The notes below the pieces were generated by a model. The model had not been told where the DNA came from. It made no database searches and was given only the letters and a program-made list of their open reading frames with translations. A DNA stretch of 64,000 bases, from assembly GCA_964535715.1 (NCBI GenBank), contig CAZHUO010000001.1, forward strand, positions 31,696-95,695, written 5' to 3'. The DNA is from an uncultured Gammaproteobacteria bacterium (GTDB lineage: Bacteria; Patescibacteriota; Patescibacteriia; Buchananbacterales; UBA6539). This document shows, piece by piece, positions 10,446 through 19,996 of the stretch. A program made the translations under genes and the position numbers. How positions within the stretch are numbered: position 1 is the first letter of the stretch; each line of letters starts with the position of its first letter.

Positions 10446-13400
10446 ATGAAAATTCTCTATAAAAAATCAAAAAGCCTCTTCAGCTTAAAACTATTTGTTT
10501 TAGCTTTTGTTTTTGCCGGCTTTGCGGCTTTTATTCCTTTCAGCCTTTCTTTGGATTATTCGGCTGTTTCTTTTGTAAATATAAAAGATTCAATTCAGGG
10601 AAGCAGTAATGATATTTTCAGCTTCGAATTAAATGAAGCTTATGCCCAGGCTACACCAGCTGCTGCCGAAGCTAATAAGGATTACACGCCGTCAACTGTC
10701 GGCCGATTTGTCAGTGATGCAATCGGAAAATTGGTTTTGCTTATTGTCAGGGCTGAAGGCTGGATAATCACCAAGCTTGCTTATATTCTAATGGCGCTAA
10801 TGCGCTATAACGGCTTTGTGACATCAGCGGCCGTTTCAAAAGGCTGGACTTTGGTTCGGGATGTGTCAAACATGTTTTTTGCCCTGATTATTTTGGCAAT
10901 TGCCTTGGGCACGATTTTGAAAGTTGAGTCATATAATATTAAAAGGCTTTTGCCGAAAGTTCTGCTTATGGCAATATTGGTTAATTTCAGCCGGACAATC
11001 TGCGGGCTGATGATTGATTTTGCCCAAGTGATAATGATTACTTTTGCCGCGGCATTTGCCGGTTCGGGCGGATCAGGCGGCTCAAATATAGTTTCAATTT
11101 TTAAGCTCCAAGACCTTCTTTTTAGTCAAACAGAAGCAGAAGCAATTACAAACAAAGATGGTATTAAAGCTGACAATGTAATTATAACCGGAATTTTAAT
11201 TGTTGTTATGCTTGCCATTGCCGTTGTTGTGCTTTTAGTAATGACAGTTGTGATTTTAATGAGGATGATAATGCTTTGGATTCTTTTGGTTCTTTCGCCT
11301 TTGCCTTTTATCCTTTCGGCTTTTCCCCAGGGTGAAAAATACGCCCAGCAGTTTTGGCAGGAATTCAGCAAATATGTGATTGTCGGTCCGATAATGGCTT
11401 TTTTCCTTTGGCTTTCTTTTGCAGTTGCCGATCCCGCTTCAAACTATGATAAAGGTTTAATGAATGATGCAAGTGAATCAGTTAATGCCTCTACAAGCGG
11501 TGATTTATCAACTGATAATAGTGTTGTCTTTACCAGTATTGGTAATATTGAGTCTTTTTTGTCATTTGTAATCGGCATCGGCATGCTGATGGCTTCCTTG
11601 ATGGTTACCCAGCAGCTGGGCGTGGCGGGGGGGAGCTTTGCGGGAGCTGCTTCGGCAAAGATTAAGCAAACCGGGATTGGGGCTTTGAGATTTGGCGCTA
11701 ATACTGTAAAATTTGGCGCCAAACTGCCTTTTAAAGGTGCAAATTTGGCGGAAAAAACCTTATTTGGGTCAACCGGAATCGGCTTGAATCCGATGCGCGC
11801 TTACCGTGGATTTAAGGAAAGATATGCGTCATGGAGCGAAAGAATGGAAAGTGAAGGTGCAAACAAAGGCTCGCAAAAGGCAAAAAATCTTATTCTCAAA
11901 GAAGGAAAACGAAATATTGCAACCAGAGCTTTCGGCTACGCCGGTTTGGCAATGACTTCACCAAAAGATTTCAGCCAGAATTATTTGGGCTGGAGAGGAA
12001 TTAAAAGGGGATTTGGTACTATTTTTAAAGGAACAAGTATTGATGAAATGAAAGACTGGGAGAAGGAAAGAACAAGAAGAAAAGAAGAAATTGCCTTGCG
12101 ACAAAAACTCGGATTTATCGGTGATGTCACCGAGGCCGGCGAAAAACAGATTGTTTCTGATGGAGCTGAAAATTTAACCCAGCTTTTAAAAAGTTCAAAT
12201 GCAGCAACTGTTTCCGGGGCGCTTCATTTGACAGTTGATTATGATGATGCAACAAAATTTAATACGGTAGCTGATGTTTTTGATAGCATGAATGAAAAAA
12301 CCTTGGGTGATTTAAGAGATTATCTGCCCGAAGGCACTGATATTGAACTTAAAAGAGATAGTACAGGGAAAGCATTAGGCGGGCTTGATGATGAAACAAC
12401 TAGCAAACAAAAAGATGCTTTACTTTCGGCAATTGCCAAGCAACAGTCAGAAAAACTTATGAAAGAACATAATGAATGGTTTGATAATAATACTGTTGCG
12501 AGTTCAGTATTGGTAGACTCTGGATTTAAGACAACAAAAGGCAAACAATATTATGCAGAGGAAGAAACAAAAAGAAGTTCTGAACTCAGTCGGGTTAAAG
12601 CTGGGGGATTGTCAAATATTCAGGCAGAAGGCCGCCAAAAGCGCCTTGAAGATATTCAGCTGCAAATTGTATCAATACTTAAAAAAATTGATAAAGATGG
12701 AGATTCTAGAGGTGAATATCGAGCCAAAATAGATGAATTAGTTAAAGAAGGAACTGATTTAGGTGGTGTTGCAGTTGAAGATGATAAAATTAAAACCCGT
12801 CTAGGTATAAGTGGTGTATTTCATTTCGGTAAAAGTAATACTGATCGCAGCAGCCAGAATATTATACCCGTGATAACAAGATCAGCTGTATTAACCAAAG
12901 AAGAAAAAGAAGAAAATACTAAGAAGGACGATGCAAACGGTTTAAGTATTTTAGACAAACTTGATCGAGATTTAGCTTATTTTAGAAAAGAAAGATCTTT
13001 TGCTGAAGCGGATCCAAATACAAGAAGAATATTGCAAAAAAATATTAATAGCAGTGTAGAAAAGGACAGTAAAAAACTTATTGTTGAAGATCAGAAAAAA
13101 ATGAGCGAGTTTAAAATGGCGCCAATTCCCTATGAAGCTTTGACTCAAGCTCGGGCGGCGGAAAGAGACCAGCTTTCCAAACTTCCTCAAGCAATGGAAT
13201 GGACGGAAATTGAAAGCGAATTAAGGACTGCCATTCAAATGGGAAATAAATCGCGTGTCCGAGCCTTAATGATGAAAGCCGCCAATGACTATAATGACAA
13301 TGAAATCTGGAATGCCTGGGGCTACGGTGCAAATGCCAAGGGAATGAGAGATTTTGGTCAAGAAGTTTTGGTAAATAAATTGAAAATGAATGAACAGGAA

Positions 13401-13868
13401 ATGTTAAGTTTCATGAATGATATAGCTTATGTAAACGAAGATCGAAATCATTTTGAAACCGCCAGAATGGTGACAATGCATGGCGGACAAGCAAGGTGGT
13501 CAACTGAAGAAGAGCATGCCGCTTCAATTTCAAATGAAAATTTAAAGCAGGCAAGCCGCGGCTTTTTACAGAATACCAACCGGCTTGGTTTTGGCGGTGA
13601 AAAAGACGGCAAGTATGAAATAGCATTGTCCGGAAAACTGACTCTTGCCGGGTTGGGCGATGTTGAGCTGCAAAATCGTATTAACCGCGGTGAATTTAAT
13701 CCGAGTCTGCTTTCAAAAATCGCCTCTGACCTTACCGGCCTGGAAGATATGGTTAAGCGCGGCTGGATAAGCCGAAGGACAATGGAGATGATTGTTTCTC
13801 GGGCAGCAACCAAAAAAATCCAAGCCGAATATACTGATTTATTAAGAAAAGCAAAACAAAAATTTTAG
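10446..13868 (+). CDS. VirB6/TrbL-like polytopic membrane protein with a long charged C-terminal tail
   Basis: N-terminal multi-TM region with GWTLVRDVSNM, LVNFSRTI, ILLVLSPLPF motifs; about 700 hydrophilic residues follow; PrgI and VirB4 genes downstream. Confidence 0.65.
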   Translation: MKILYKKSKSLFSLKLFVLAFVFAGFAAFIPFSLSLDYSAVSFVNIKDSIQGSSNDIFSFELNEAYAQATPAAAEANKDYTPSTVGRFVSDAIGKLVLLIVRAEGWIITKLAYILMALMRYNGFVTSAAVSKGWTLVRDVSNMFFALIILAIALGTILKVESYNIKRLLPKVLLMAILVNFSRTICGLMIDFAQVIMITFAAAFAGSGGSGGSNIVSIFKLQDLLFSQTEAEAITNKDGIKADNVIITGILIVVMLAIAVVVLLVMTVVILMRMIMLWILLVLSPLPFILSAFPQGEKYAQQFWQEFSKYVIVGPIMAFFLWLSFAVADPASNYDKGLMNDASESVNASTSGDLSTDNSVVFTSIGNIESFLSFVIGIGMLMASLMVTQQLGVAGGSFAGAASAKIKQTGIGALRFGANTVKFGAKLPFKGANLAEKTLFGSTGIGLNPMRAYRGFKERYASWSERMESEGANKGSQKAKNLILKEGKRNIATRAFGYAGLAMTSPKDFSQNYLGWRGIKRGFGTIFKGTSIDEMKDWEKERTRRKEEIALRQKLGFIGDVTEAGEKQIVSDGAENLTQLLKSSNAATVSGALHLTVDYDDATKFNTVADVFDSMNEKTLGDLRDYLPEGTDIELKRDSTGKALGGLDDETTSKQKDALLSAIAKQQSEKLMKEHNEWFDNNTVASSVLVDSGFKTTKGKQYYAEEETKRSSELSRVKAGGLSNIQAEGRQKRLEDIQLQIVSILKKIDKDGDSRGEYRAKIDELVKEGTDLGGVAVEDDKIKTRLGISGVFHFGKSNTDRSSQNIIPVITRSAVLTKEEKEENTKKDDANGLSILDKLDRDLAYFRKERSFAEADPNTRRILQKNINSSVEKDSKKLIVEDQKKMSEFKMAPIPYEALTQARAAERDQLSKLPQAMEWTEIESELRTAIQMGNKSRVRALMMKAANDYNDNEIWNAWGYGANAKGMRDFGQEVLVNKLKMNEQEMLSFMNDIAYVNEDRNHFETARMVTMHGGQARWSTEEEHAASISNENLKQASRGFLQNTNRLGFGGEKDGKYEIALSGKLTLAGLGDVELQNRINRGEFNPSLLSKIASDLTGLEDMVKRGWISRRTMEMIVSRAATKKIQAEYTDLLRKAKQKF

Positions 13869-13880
13869 CAAATATTAATT

Positions 13881-15215
13881 ATGCAAATTAACGAAGAATT
13901 AATCCAGGAATTTGAAGACCATACAAAGGAAGTTCTGCAATACAATTTGGTAGAGCAAGCCAGGCTTTTTGTTGAAAAAATTTGGCCGGAAATTGTTGCT
14001 GATAAAAATTTTGAAAAAAATAATCCGTCAATTTATGTCAGATTGAAAAAGATATATAATTTAAATTTGATTTTGCAGCTTGGCCGCCTGCCGGAAAAAA
14101 CCATTTTTGATTTATTTGAAAACAGCATTCAGCTGTATTATTTGGAAATGATTGACTATGCTGATCTTTGGCAGCTAATCAGAGCGAAATTAGTCACAAT
14201 GTTTGACATTGATGAGAGAAATAATTTTAAAAAACAGCTATCGAAGCTACTTTTAAGAAATAAAAATTTAATTACTAAAATCGCTTTAGAGCGTGACGGA
14301 AAAGAACATGAGCCGTCAATTGACCAGTGGCTTATTGACTACACCAGTTTTGTTGGTATTAAAAGTGTTGATGCCGTCAAAATGAATGAATATTTTACAG
14401 TGAATAATAATTTCAAAAAACTTTCCGATGAGGATAAAAATATCGTCCGTCAGCTTATTATTTTATATGAAAGACTAAAAAAATCATCGGCTGATCCGGA
14501 AGGGCTGGAAGAAAAAGTTACCATATTTGAAGACGGCAAGCTGATGGTTTTTCGCGAGGGCAGGTTTGAGGATTTAGATCCGAGAATTTCTAAATTAATG
14601 AAAGATCTGAAAAAAGACGAAAAAACCGGTTTACTTGCCGAAAAAGAAGATTCCTCCGGTCTTTTAGCTGATTCCGAAGAGCAAGAAATTGGTTTTGCTG
14701 AAACCAAACAGGATTCAGCGCCTGAAGATCAGAAAGAAGTAATCAAAGCCTACCAAGGCGATTTAAAGAAGGAAAAAGCAATTTCCAAGCTGGAAGAAAA
14801 GCTGATTAATAAAATCAATAATGATGCCGATAAATTAAGGGCTGAATTTTTTACTGCGGTTCAATCTAAGGATGCTGATAAAACAATTGCAGTTTTATAT
14901 GTTTTAGCTAAAAAAAATGATCTGACAAAATTTTTAGAGCAAGACCAAAAGCTGAATAAATTCATTTTGGCAACCTGGGAAAAAAGATACGGCAAAGAGT
15001 TTGCTGCGGATTTTTCAAAAGATCCAGGCAATGTAAAATTCATCCGCTTATTTTTAAAATATATTTTGGAAGAACGGTTAAAAATTCCGACCAATGATGC
15101 AGCCAGGGTGGGAATCAGAATAGGCAATATTCTCATTGAGTTCGGCCATAAGGATTTTAATCAGATTGCTTATTTTGACATGAAAAATAAAAAGTTTGAA
15201 TGGTTTGAGGAGTAG
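13881..15215 (+). CDS. Hypothetical helical protein
   Basis: 444-aa ORF, 12 bp after previous stop; no recognisable motif. Confidence 0.75.
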   Translation: MQINEELIQEFEDHTKEVLQYNLVEQARLFVEKIWPEIVADKNFEKNNPSIYVRLKKIYNLNLILQLGRLPEKTIFDLFENSIQLYYLEMIDYADLWQLIRAKLVTMFDIDERNNFKKQLSKLLLRNKNLITKIALERDGKEHEPSIDQWLIDYTSFVGIKSVDAVKMNEYFTVNNNFKKLSDEDKNIVRQLIILYERLKKSSADPEGLEEKVTIFEDGKLMVFREGRFEDLDPRISKLMKDLKKDEKTGLLAEKEDSSGLLADSEEQEIGFAETKQDSAPEDQKEVIKAYQGDLKKEKAISKLEEKLINKINNDADKLRAEFFTAVQSKDADKTIAVLYVLAKKNDLTKFLEQDQKLNKFILATWEKRYGKEFAADFSKDPGNVKFIRLFLKYILEERLKIPTNDAARVGIRIGNILIEFGHKDFNQIAYFDMKNKKFEWFEE

Positions 15216-15311
15216 GTAATTAGGATGGTAGATCGGTAGATTGGTAGATAGTAAAGACAAATATATTCATATATAATCAACATAGCGCTGATATTTATTA
15301 ATTATATAAAT

Positions 15312-15617
15312 ATGACGCGTTATCAATATTATACCTACATAATGACTAATAAATTAAATACGACGATTTATATTGGTGTAACTAATGATATTTATAATCG
15401 AGTTTATCAGCATAAGAAAAAATTGGTCGAAGGCTTCACTAGCAGGTATAATATTAATAAGCTGGTTTATTATGAGGAATATGATTATATTGAAGATGCA
15501 ATATATCGAGAAAAACAATTAAAGAATTGGCGCCGCCAATGGAAAATTAATTTAATAAATGAATTTAATCCTGAATGGAAAGATTTAAGCGATGATTGGT
15601 ATGATGAAAAGGATTAA
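15312..15617 (+). CDS. Stand-alone GIY-YIG nuclease family protein
   Basis: YTYIM...YIGVTND...RVYQH...AIYREKQLKNWRRQWK. Confidence 0.9.
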   Translation: MTRYQYYTYIMTNKLNTTIYIGVTNDIYNRVYQHKKKLVEGFTSRYNINKLVYYEEYDYIEDAIYREKQLKNWRRQWKINLINEFNPEWKDLSDDWYDEKD

Positions 15618-16045
15618 TTGTCATCCTGAATTCATTACCTTTTTGTCATCCTGAATTCATTTCAGGATCTCGGAAAGTCTAGAAAGCAACACTTTGTCAT
15701 CCTGAATTCATTTCAGGATCCAGCAAATCCTAGAGACTCTGAAATAAATTCAGAGTGACAAGTCTAGAAAAAAAGCGCACCCTTGTCATCCTGAACTTGC
15801 CTGCCCGCCGGAGCAAAAGTGTAGGCGGGGTTCAGGATCCAGCAAAGTCTAGAAAGCAACACTTTGTCATCCTGAATTCATTTCAGGATCCAGCAAAGTC
15901 TAGAGACTCTGAAATAAATTCAGAGTGACAAGTCTAGAAAAAAAGCGCACCCTTGTCATCCTGAATTCATTACCTTTTTGTCATCCTGAACTTGGTTCAG
16001 GATCCAGCAAAGTCTAGAGACTTTGAAATAAATTCAGAGTGACAA
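15618..16045. repeat. BIME-like array of TGTC-tagged palindromic repeats
   Basis: Seven TTGTCATCCTGAA starts (15618, 15643, 15694, 15783, 15864, 15953, 15978) and three inverted GAGACT(C/T)TGAAATAAATTCAGAGTGACAA units (15733, 15903, 16017), with reused linkers. Confidence 0.9.
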
Positions 16046-16119
16046 ATGAAGAAATAAAGTAAAGACAAATCTTAAAATTAATAACTAACAACAAAACTGG
16101 GGGTTAAATTGACAAAACT

Positions 16120-17295
16120 ATGCAAAAAGACAGCGAAAAAAATTATATTTTTACTTCGGAATCGGTAACCGAAGGCCATCCTGATAAAGTCTGTGATAAA
16201 ATTTCAGACTCTATTTTAGATGAACTATTGAAGCAGGATCCGAATTCTCATGCCGGAATTGAAACATTGGTGACTACCGGCATGGTGGTTGTAGCCGGTG
16301 AAATCAGGACAAAAGGCTACGTTGATATTGCTAATATTGCCCGTCAGGCAATTAAAGAAATCGGCTACGATGATCATTCATCAGGCTTTCATTGGCAGGA
16401 CTGCGGGGTAATGGTGGCAATTGACGAACAAAGTCCGGATATTGCCCAGGGAGTTGACGCCGGAAGAGGAAAATTTAAAAAGCAGGGAGCCGGCGACCAG
16501 GGCTTGATGTTTGGCTATGCCTGCAAGGAAACTCCGGAGCTTATGCCTTTGCCCATAATTTTAGCCCATAAAATTTGCCAAAGGCTTGCCCAGGTTCGAA
16601 AAAATAAAACCTTGCCATATCTTCGGCCTGACGGAAAGTCCGAAGTGGCGGTTGAATATGTAAACGGCAAGCCGAAAAGAATAAATACGGTTGTTGTTGC
16701 GGCCAGTCATAACGAAAATGTTTCAAGCAAAAAGCTGGAAAAAGACATTCTCAAGAAAGTTGTCAAGCCGATTTGCGGCAAATATATTGACAGTAAAACC
16801 AAAATTTTCATCAACGCCACGGGACGCTTTGTGAAATGCGGACCGCCGGCTGACACCGGGCTTACCGGCCGAAAAATTATCGTTGATACTTATGGCGGAT
16901 TCGGCCGTCATGGTGGCGGCTGTTTTTCAGGCAAAGATCCGTCAAAAGTTGACCGCTCAGCTTCATATATGGCACGCTATGTCGCAAAAAATATAGTTTC
17001 TGCCGGCTTAGCCGACCGCTGCGAAGTCGAGCTTGCTTATGTAATCGGCGTTGCCGAACCTATCAGCATTTTAGTGGAAAGTTTCGGCACGGGAAAAGTT
17101 TCTGATGAAAGAATTGTTGAGCTGATCAGGAAATTTTTTGACCTTACTCCGGCGGGAATAATTAAAAAATTAAAACTGCTTCGGCCGATTTATAAAAAAA
17201 CCGCCGCATACGGCCATTTTGGCAGAAAAGAACCAGATTTTACCTGGGAGAAAACCGATTTGGCACAAACATTGAGAAAAGCCGCCGGATTTTAA
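16120..17295 (+). CDS. metK: S-adenosylmethionine synthetase
   Basis: [42 protein letters not shown]. Confidence 0.99.
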   Translation: MQKDSEKNYIFTSESVTEGHPDKVCDKISDSILDELLKQDPNSHAGIETLVTTGMVVVAGEIRTKGYVDIANIARQAIKEIGYDDHSSGFHWQDCGVMVAIDEQSPDIAQGVDAGRGKFKKQGAGDQGLMFGYACKETPELMPLPIILAHKICQRLAQVRKNKTLPYLRPDGKSEVAVEYVNGKPKRINTVVVAASHNENVSSKKLEKDILKKVVKPICGKYIDSKTKIFINATGRFVKCGPPADTGLTGRKIIVDTYGGFGRHGGGCFSGKDPSKVDRSASYMARYVAKNIVSAGLADRCEVELAYVIGVAEPISILVESFGTGKVSDERIVELIRKFFDLTPAGIIKKLKLLRPIYKKTAAYGHFGRKEPDFTWEKTDLAQTLRKAAGF

Positions 17296-17305
17296 GCAAA
17301 ATAAA

Positions 17306-17462
17306 GGGTATTAACCGCGGAGAAAGTCGCTGACGCGTCAAAGGAGCGCTTTGGGGGTATTGACACTTGATGGCTCCTCGGTTCGGAAACAAAAAATTGT
17401 TTACTTTTTGTTTCTCTCTCCCTACGCCACTGTCGATCGAGATCGACGTGGCTTACGTCGTT
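17306..17462 (-). mobile_element. TTTATT-flanked non-autonomous element, copy 1 (157 bp)
   Basis: Reverse complement of the 24205 and 38823 copies; AATAAA at 17300-17305 and 17463-17468. Confidence 0.8.
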
Positions 17463-17534
17463 AATAAAATATTTATTTGTCGATTATTGATATAAATGTT
17501 AAAATAAATCTAGGTAACTTAGGCCAAAGAATGC

Positions 17535-17610
17535 ATTGAAGCACAAAAACACTAAAGCACCGGAAAAAAATGTTTTGTAATTCTAGTGTTTTAATGCTTT
17601 TGTGCTTCAA
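17535..17610. repeat. Imperfect inverted repeat built from ~8-nt units
   Basis: ATTGAAGCACAAAA..CACTAAAGCAC ... GTGTTTTAATGCTTTTGTGCTTCAAT. Confidence 0.65.
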
Positions 17611-17621
17611 TCGATATTAAT

Positions 17622-18794
17622 ATGACAAATAATCAAGTCAAAACCGATGATTTTTTTACTCTACTGAAAGACGAGCGGAAAAACAGCGATCCTTTTGCAA
17701 ACGATGAAATAATTATTCTGGATAAAAAAGGCAATCTCAGCATTTTAAAAGACGGCAAGATTACCGATTTTGGGCCATTAAAAAAGAAAATTGAAAATGA
17801 GCCTAAAAAAGTTGTGGCGGAAATAAAACAAACGCCCCAAATTGACTTTCAGGCGGAGATAGATGATATCATCGAAAAATCCGGCATTCATTTTTCTGAT
17901 CAAGAAACGGAAAGGCGTTTTCGCAGCCTGATTTTATCAAGGCTTAAAGGTGCCAGAAATCAGATTCAAACTCGTGAAATAATGCTTGATTCACCGTCAT
18001 CGGGCGGTTTGGGCTTTAAGCCGGATGAAGCCGAAAGGGTATTATCTGCAATCTCCAAGCAGGCTCAAGATATGGATAAAATGTTCAGGGACGGCATGAG
18101 TTCCGGATATTTTTCCGATTTGCAGCTGCAGGTTGATTCTATTTTAAAAAATGCGGATTCAGAGCTGAAAAAACCAAAGATTGATTTGGCCAAAGCAAAG
18201 GAAACTGATAAAATTGAAGATAAAGGAGGACTTATTTTACCGGCTGAAAATTTAATTAAGCCAAAAGCCAACATTAACATTAAGCCCAAAGAAGACGTAT
18301 CGCCTAAAACAGCTGTTAATAAAGAGAAGAAAAATTATTTAAAACCCGGCGATTTTTTGGCAAAAAAATCTGAGTCCAAGCCATTGTTTAAGGCTCCTGT
18401 TGATTTATCGCCTGTAAATTTTCAATCATTATCAAAGCCCAAGATTGAAGATGTTAAATTTCGCTCAAGGCTTACAGGTCCGATTGAAGAAATCAGGTCA
18501 ATGACTTTAGTTGATTTTAGGAGATTGGGAAAAGACGCCAAAGATGCAATAGGAAAAATTGTGGAAAAAATACAAATTTTGGAGGACGAATCATTTCCAA
18601 AAAGAATTCAGGCAATCAGGGCTTGGAAAGAAAGCCCGGTAAATCAGCTTTATTTGGAACTTGGCGCTGAAAGTATGGAAAAGAAAATGCCGATTTTGGA
18701 AGTAATCAGCCAAAGGCAGAAAAATGGCATTGATACTTTAACCGAACAGGAAATTGAAGAAATCATGGAATTTAATAAAAAATTAAGATACTAG
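17622..18794 (+). CDS. Hypothetical protein of the T4SS-like locus
   Basis: 390-aa ORF with Lys/Pro-rich linker and globular-looking C-terminus (LTGPIEEI..MTLVDFRRL..AWKESP). Confidence 0.75.
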   Translation: MTNNQVKTDDFFTLLKDERKNSDPFANDEIIILDKKGNLSILKDGKITDFGPLKKKIENEPKKVVAEIKQTPQIDFQAEIDDIIEKSGIHFSDQETERRFRSLILSRLKGARNQIQTREIMLDSPSSGGLGFKPDEAERVLSAISKQAQDMDKMFRDGMSSGYFSDLQLQVDSILKNADSELKKPKIDLAKAKETDKIEDKGGLILPAENLIKPKANINIKPKEDVSPKTAVNKEKKNYLKPGDFLAKKSESKPLFKAPVDLSPVNFQSLSKPKIEDVKFRSRLTGPIEEIRSMTLVDFRRLGKDAKDAIGKIVEKIQILEDESFPKRIQAIRAWKESPVNQLYLELGAESMEKKMPILEVISQRQKNGIDTLTEQEIEEIMEFNKKLRY

Positions 18795-18838
18795 CCTGAC
18801 AGTTAAATGTTAACTGTTAAATGTTAACTGTTATATTA

Positions 18839-19294
18839 ATGCAACAATTTGTAATTCCACAATTTATCGATGTTGAGGACAAAGTAATAGGACCGATTAC
18901 CGTTCGGCAGTTTGTAATATTGCTTATCGGAGGCGGACTTTGTTTTATTGAATATAAGCTGACTGATCTGGCATTATTTCTTGTAGAGGCGGCATTTACC
19001 GCACTTATTGCATGTGTTTTGGCGTTTGTAAAAATCAACGGCCGGCCGATTCATTATTTTATTCTTAATGCTTTCCAGACTTTGTTTCGGCCGAAACTGC
19101 GCGTTTGGCAGAAGAAATTTACAGCAACGGAGCTAAAAAGTTATTGGAAAGAAGAAAAAAGCATGCTGCCGCCGGAGATAAGAACAAAAAATAAAGTTAG
19201 GGCTTCAAGGCTGGCTGAAATGGCTCTTATTGTTGATACCGGCGGCGTATATCAAGGGGAAGATCTGCCTGGCGTAAAACAGGAATTATATTAA
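18839..19294 (+). CDS. PrgI family (VirB3-like) membrane protein
   Basis: QFVIPQFIDVEDKVIGPITVRQF, two TM helices, NGRP; ATG at 18839 preferred because 18821 lies in a GTTAACT repeat. Confidence 0.85.
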   Translation: MQQFVIPQFIDVEDKVIGPITVRQFVILLIGGGLCFIEYKLTDLALFLVEAAFTALIACVLAFVKINGRPIHYFILNAFQTLFRPKLRVWQKKFTATELKSYWKEEKSMLPPEIRTKNKVRASRLAEMALIVDTGGVYQGEDLPGVKQELY

Positions 19295-19307
19295 AATATA
19301 AATTTGA

Positions 19308-19988
19308 ATGAAATCAAAAAAATTAGCCAACAAAAAAGTAAGTGCTTCAACCAGGGAACAGATTGATATTGCGGAAATTAAGGAAGATGTTGTAATAATG
19401 AAAGATGGCACATTAAGAGCGGTACTTTTAGTTTCGAGCATTAATTTTGCCTTAAAATCAGAAGATGAGCAAAATGCGATAATTTCCGCATACGTTAGTT
19501 TTTTAAATTATTTGGAATTTCCGGTTCAAATCGTGATTCAGTCGCGTAAATTGGATATTGACGGCTATTTGGATCGTCTGAAAAAAATTGAAAAAGAGCA
19601 AACCAATGAACTTTTAAGGATGCAAATTGCGGAATATTATCAATATATAAAAGAGCTTGTTGAAATCGGGGATATCATGAGTAAAAGATTTTATGTTGTT
19701 GTGCCGTATAATCCAATGTCGGACAAGCAGGAATCATGGATTAAAAAATTTTTGAGCATATTTTCTGCCGCTAAGGAAGTCAAGCTAAACCAGGAAAGTT
19801 TTCAAAAAAAACGGCATGTTTTGTTTCAGAGAGTTGAAGGAATCGTCACAAGTTTGGCCAGCATGAGCATAAAGTCGGTTGTGCTTGATACCCAAAGCCT
19901 GATTGAACTTTATTATAATACATATAATCCCGACATTTATACAAAAGAAAAAATGGTTGAAATTAATAAGCTTAGAGTAGAAGGATAA
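19308..19988 (+). CDS. Protein resembling the N-terminal region of VirB4/TraC-type ATPases
   Basis: VSSINFALKSEDEQNAII..FLN.LEFPVQIVIQSR; lies between prgI and virB4. Confidence 0.65.
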   Translation: MKSKKLANKKVSASTREQIDIAEIKEDVVIMKDGTLRAVLLVSSINFALKSEDEQNAIISAYVSFLNYLEFPVQIVIQSRKLDIDGYLDRLKKIEKEQTNELLRMQIAEYYQYIKELVEIGDIMSKRFYVVVPYNPMSDKQESWIKKFLSIFSAAKEVKLNQESFQKKRHVLFQRVEGIVTSLASMSIKSVVLDTQSLIELYYNTYNPDIYTKEKMVEINKLRVEG

Positions 19989-19996
19989 AATAATTT

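Noticed and set aside
15618-16045. Possible CRISPR array
   Set aside because: Spacers are reused rather than unique, repeats occur in both orientations with irregular spacing, and no cas genes are present
16046-16119. SAM riboswitch upstream of metK
   Set aside because: The leader is short and A-rich with no recognisable SAM aptamer; upstream structure is the repeat array
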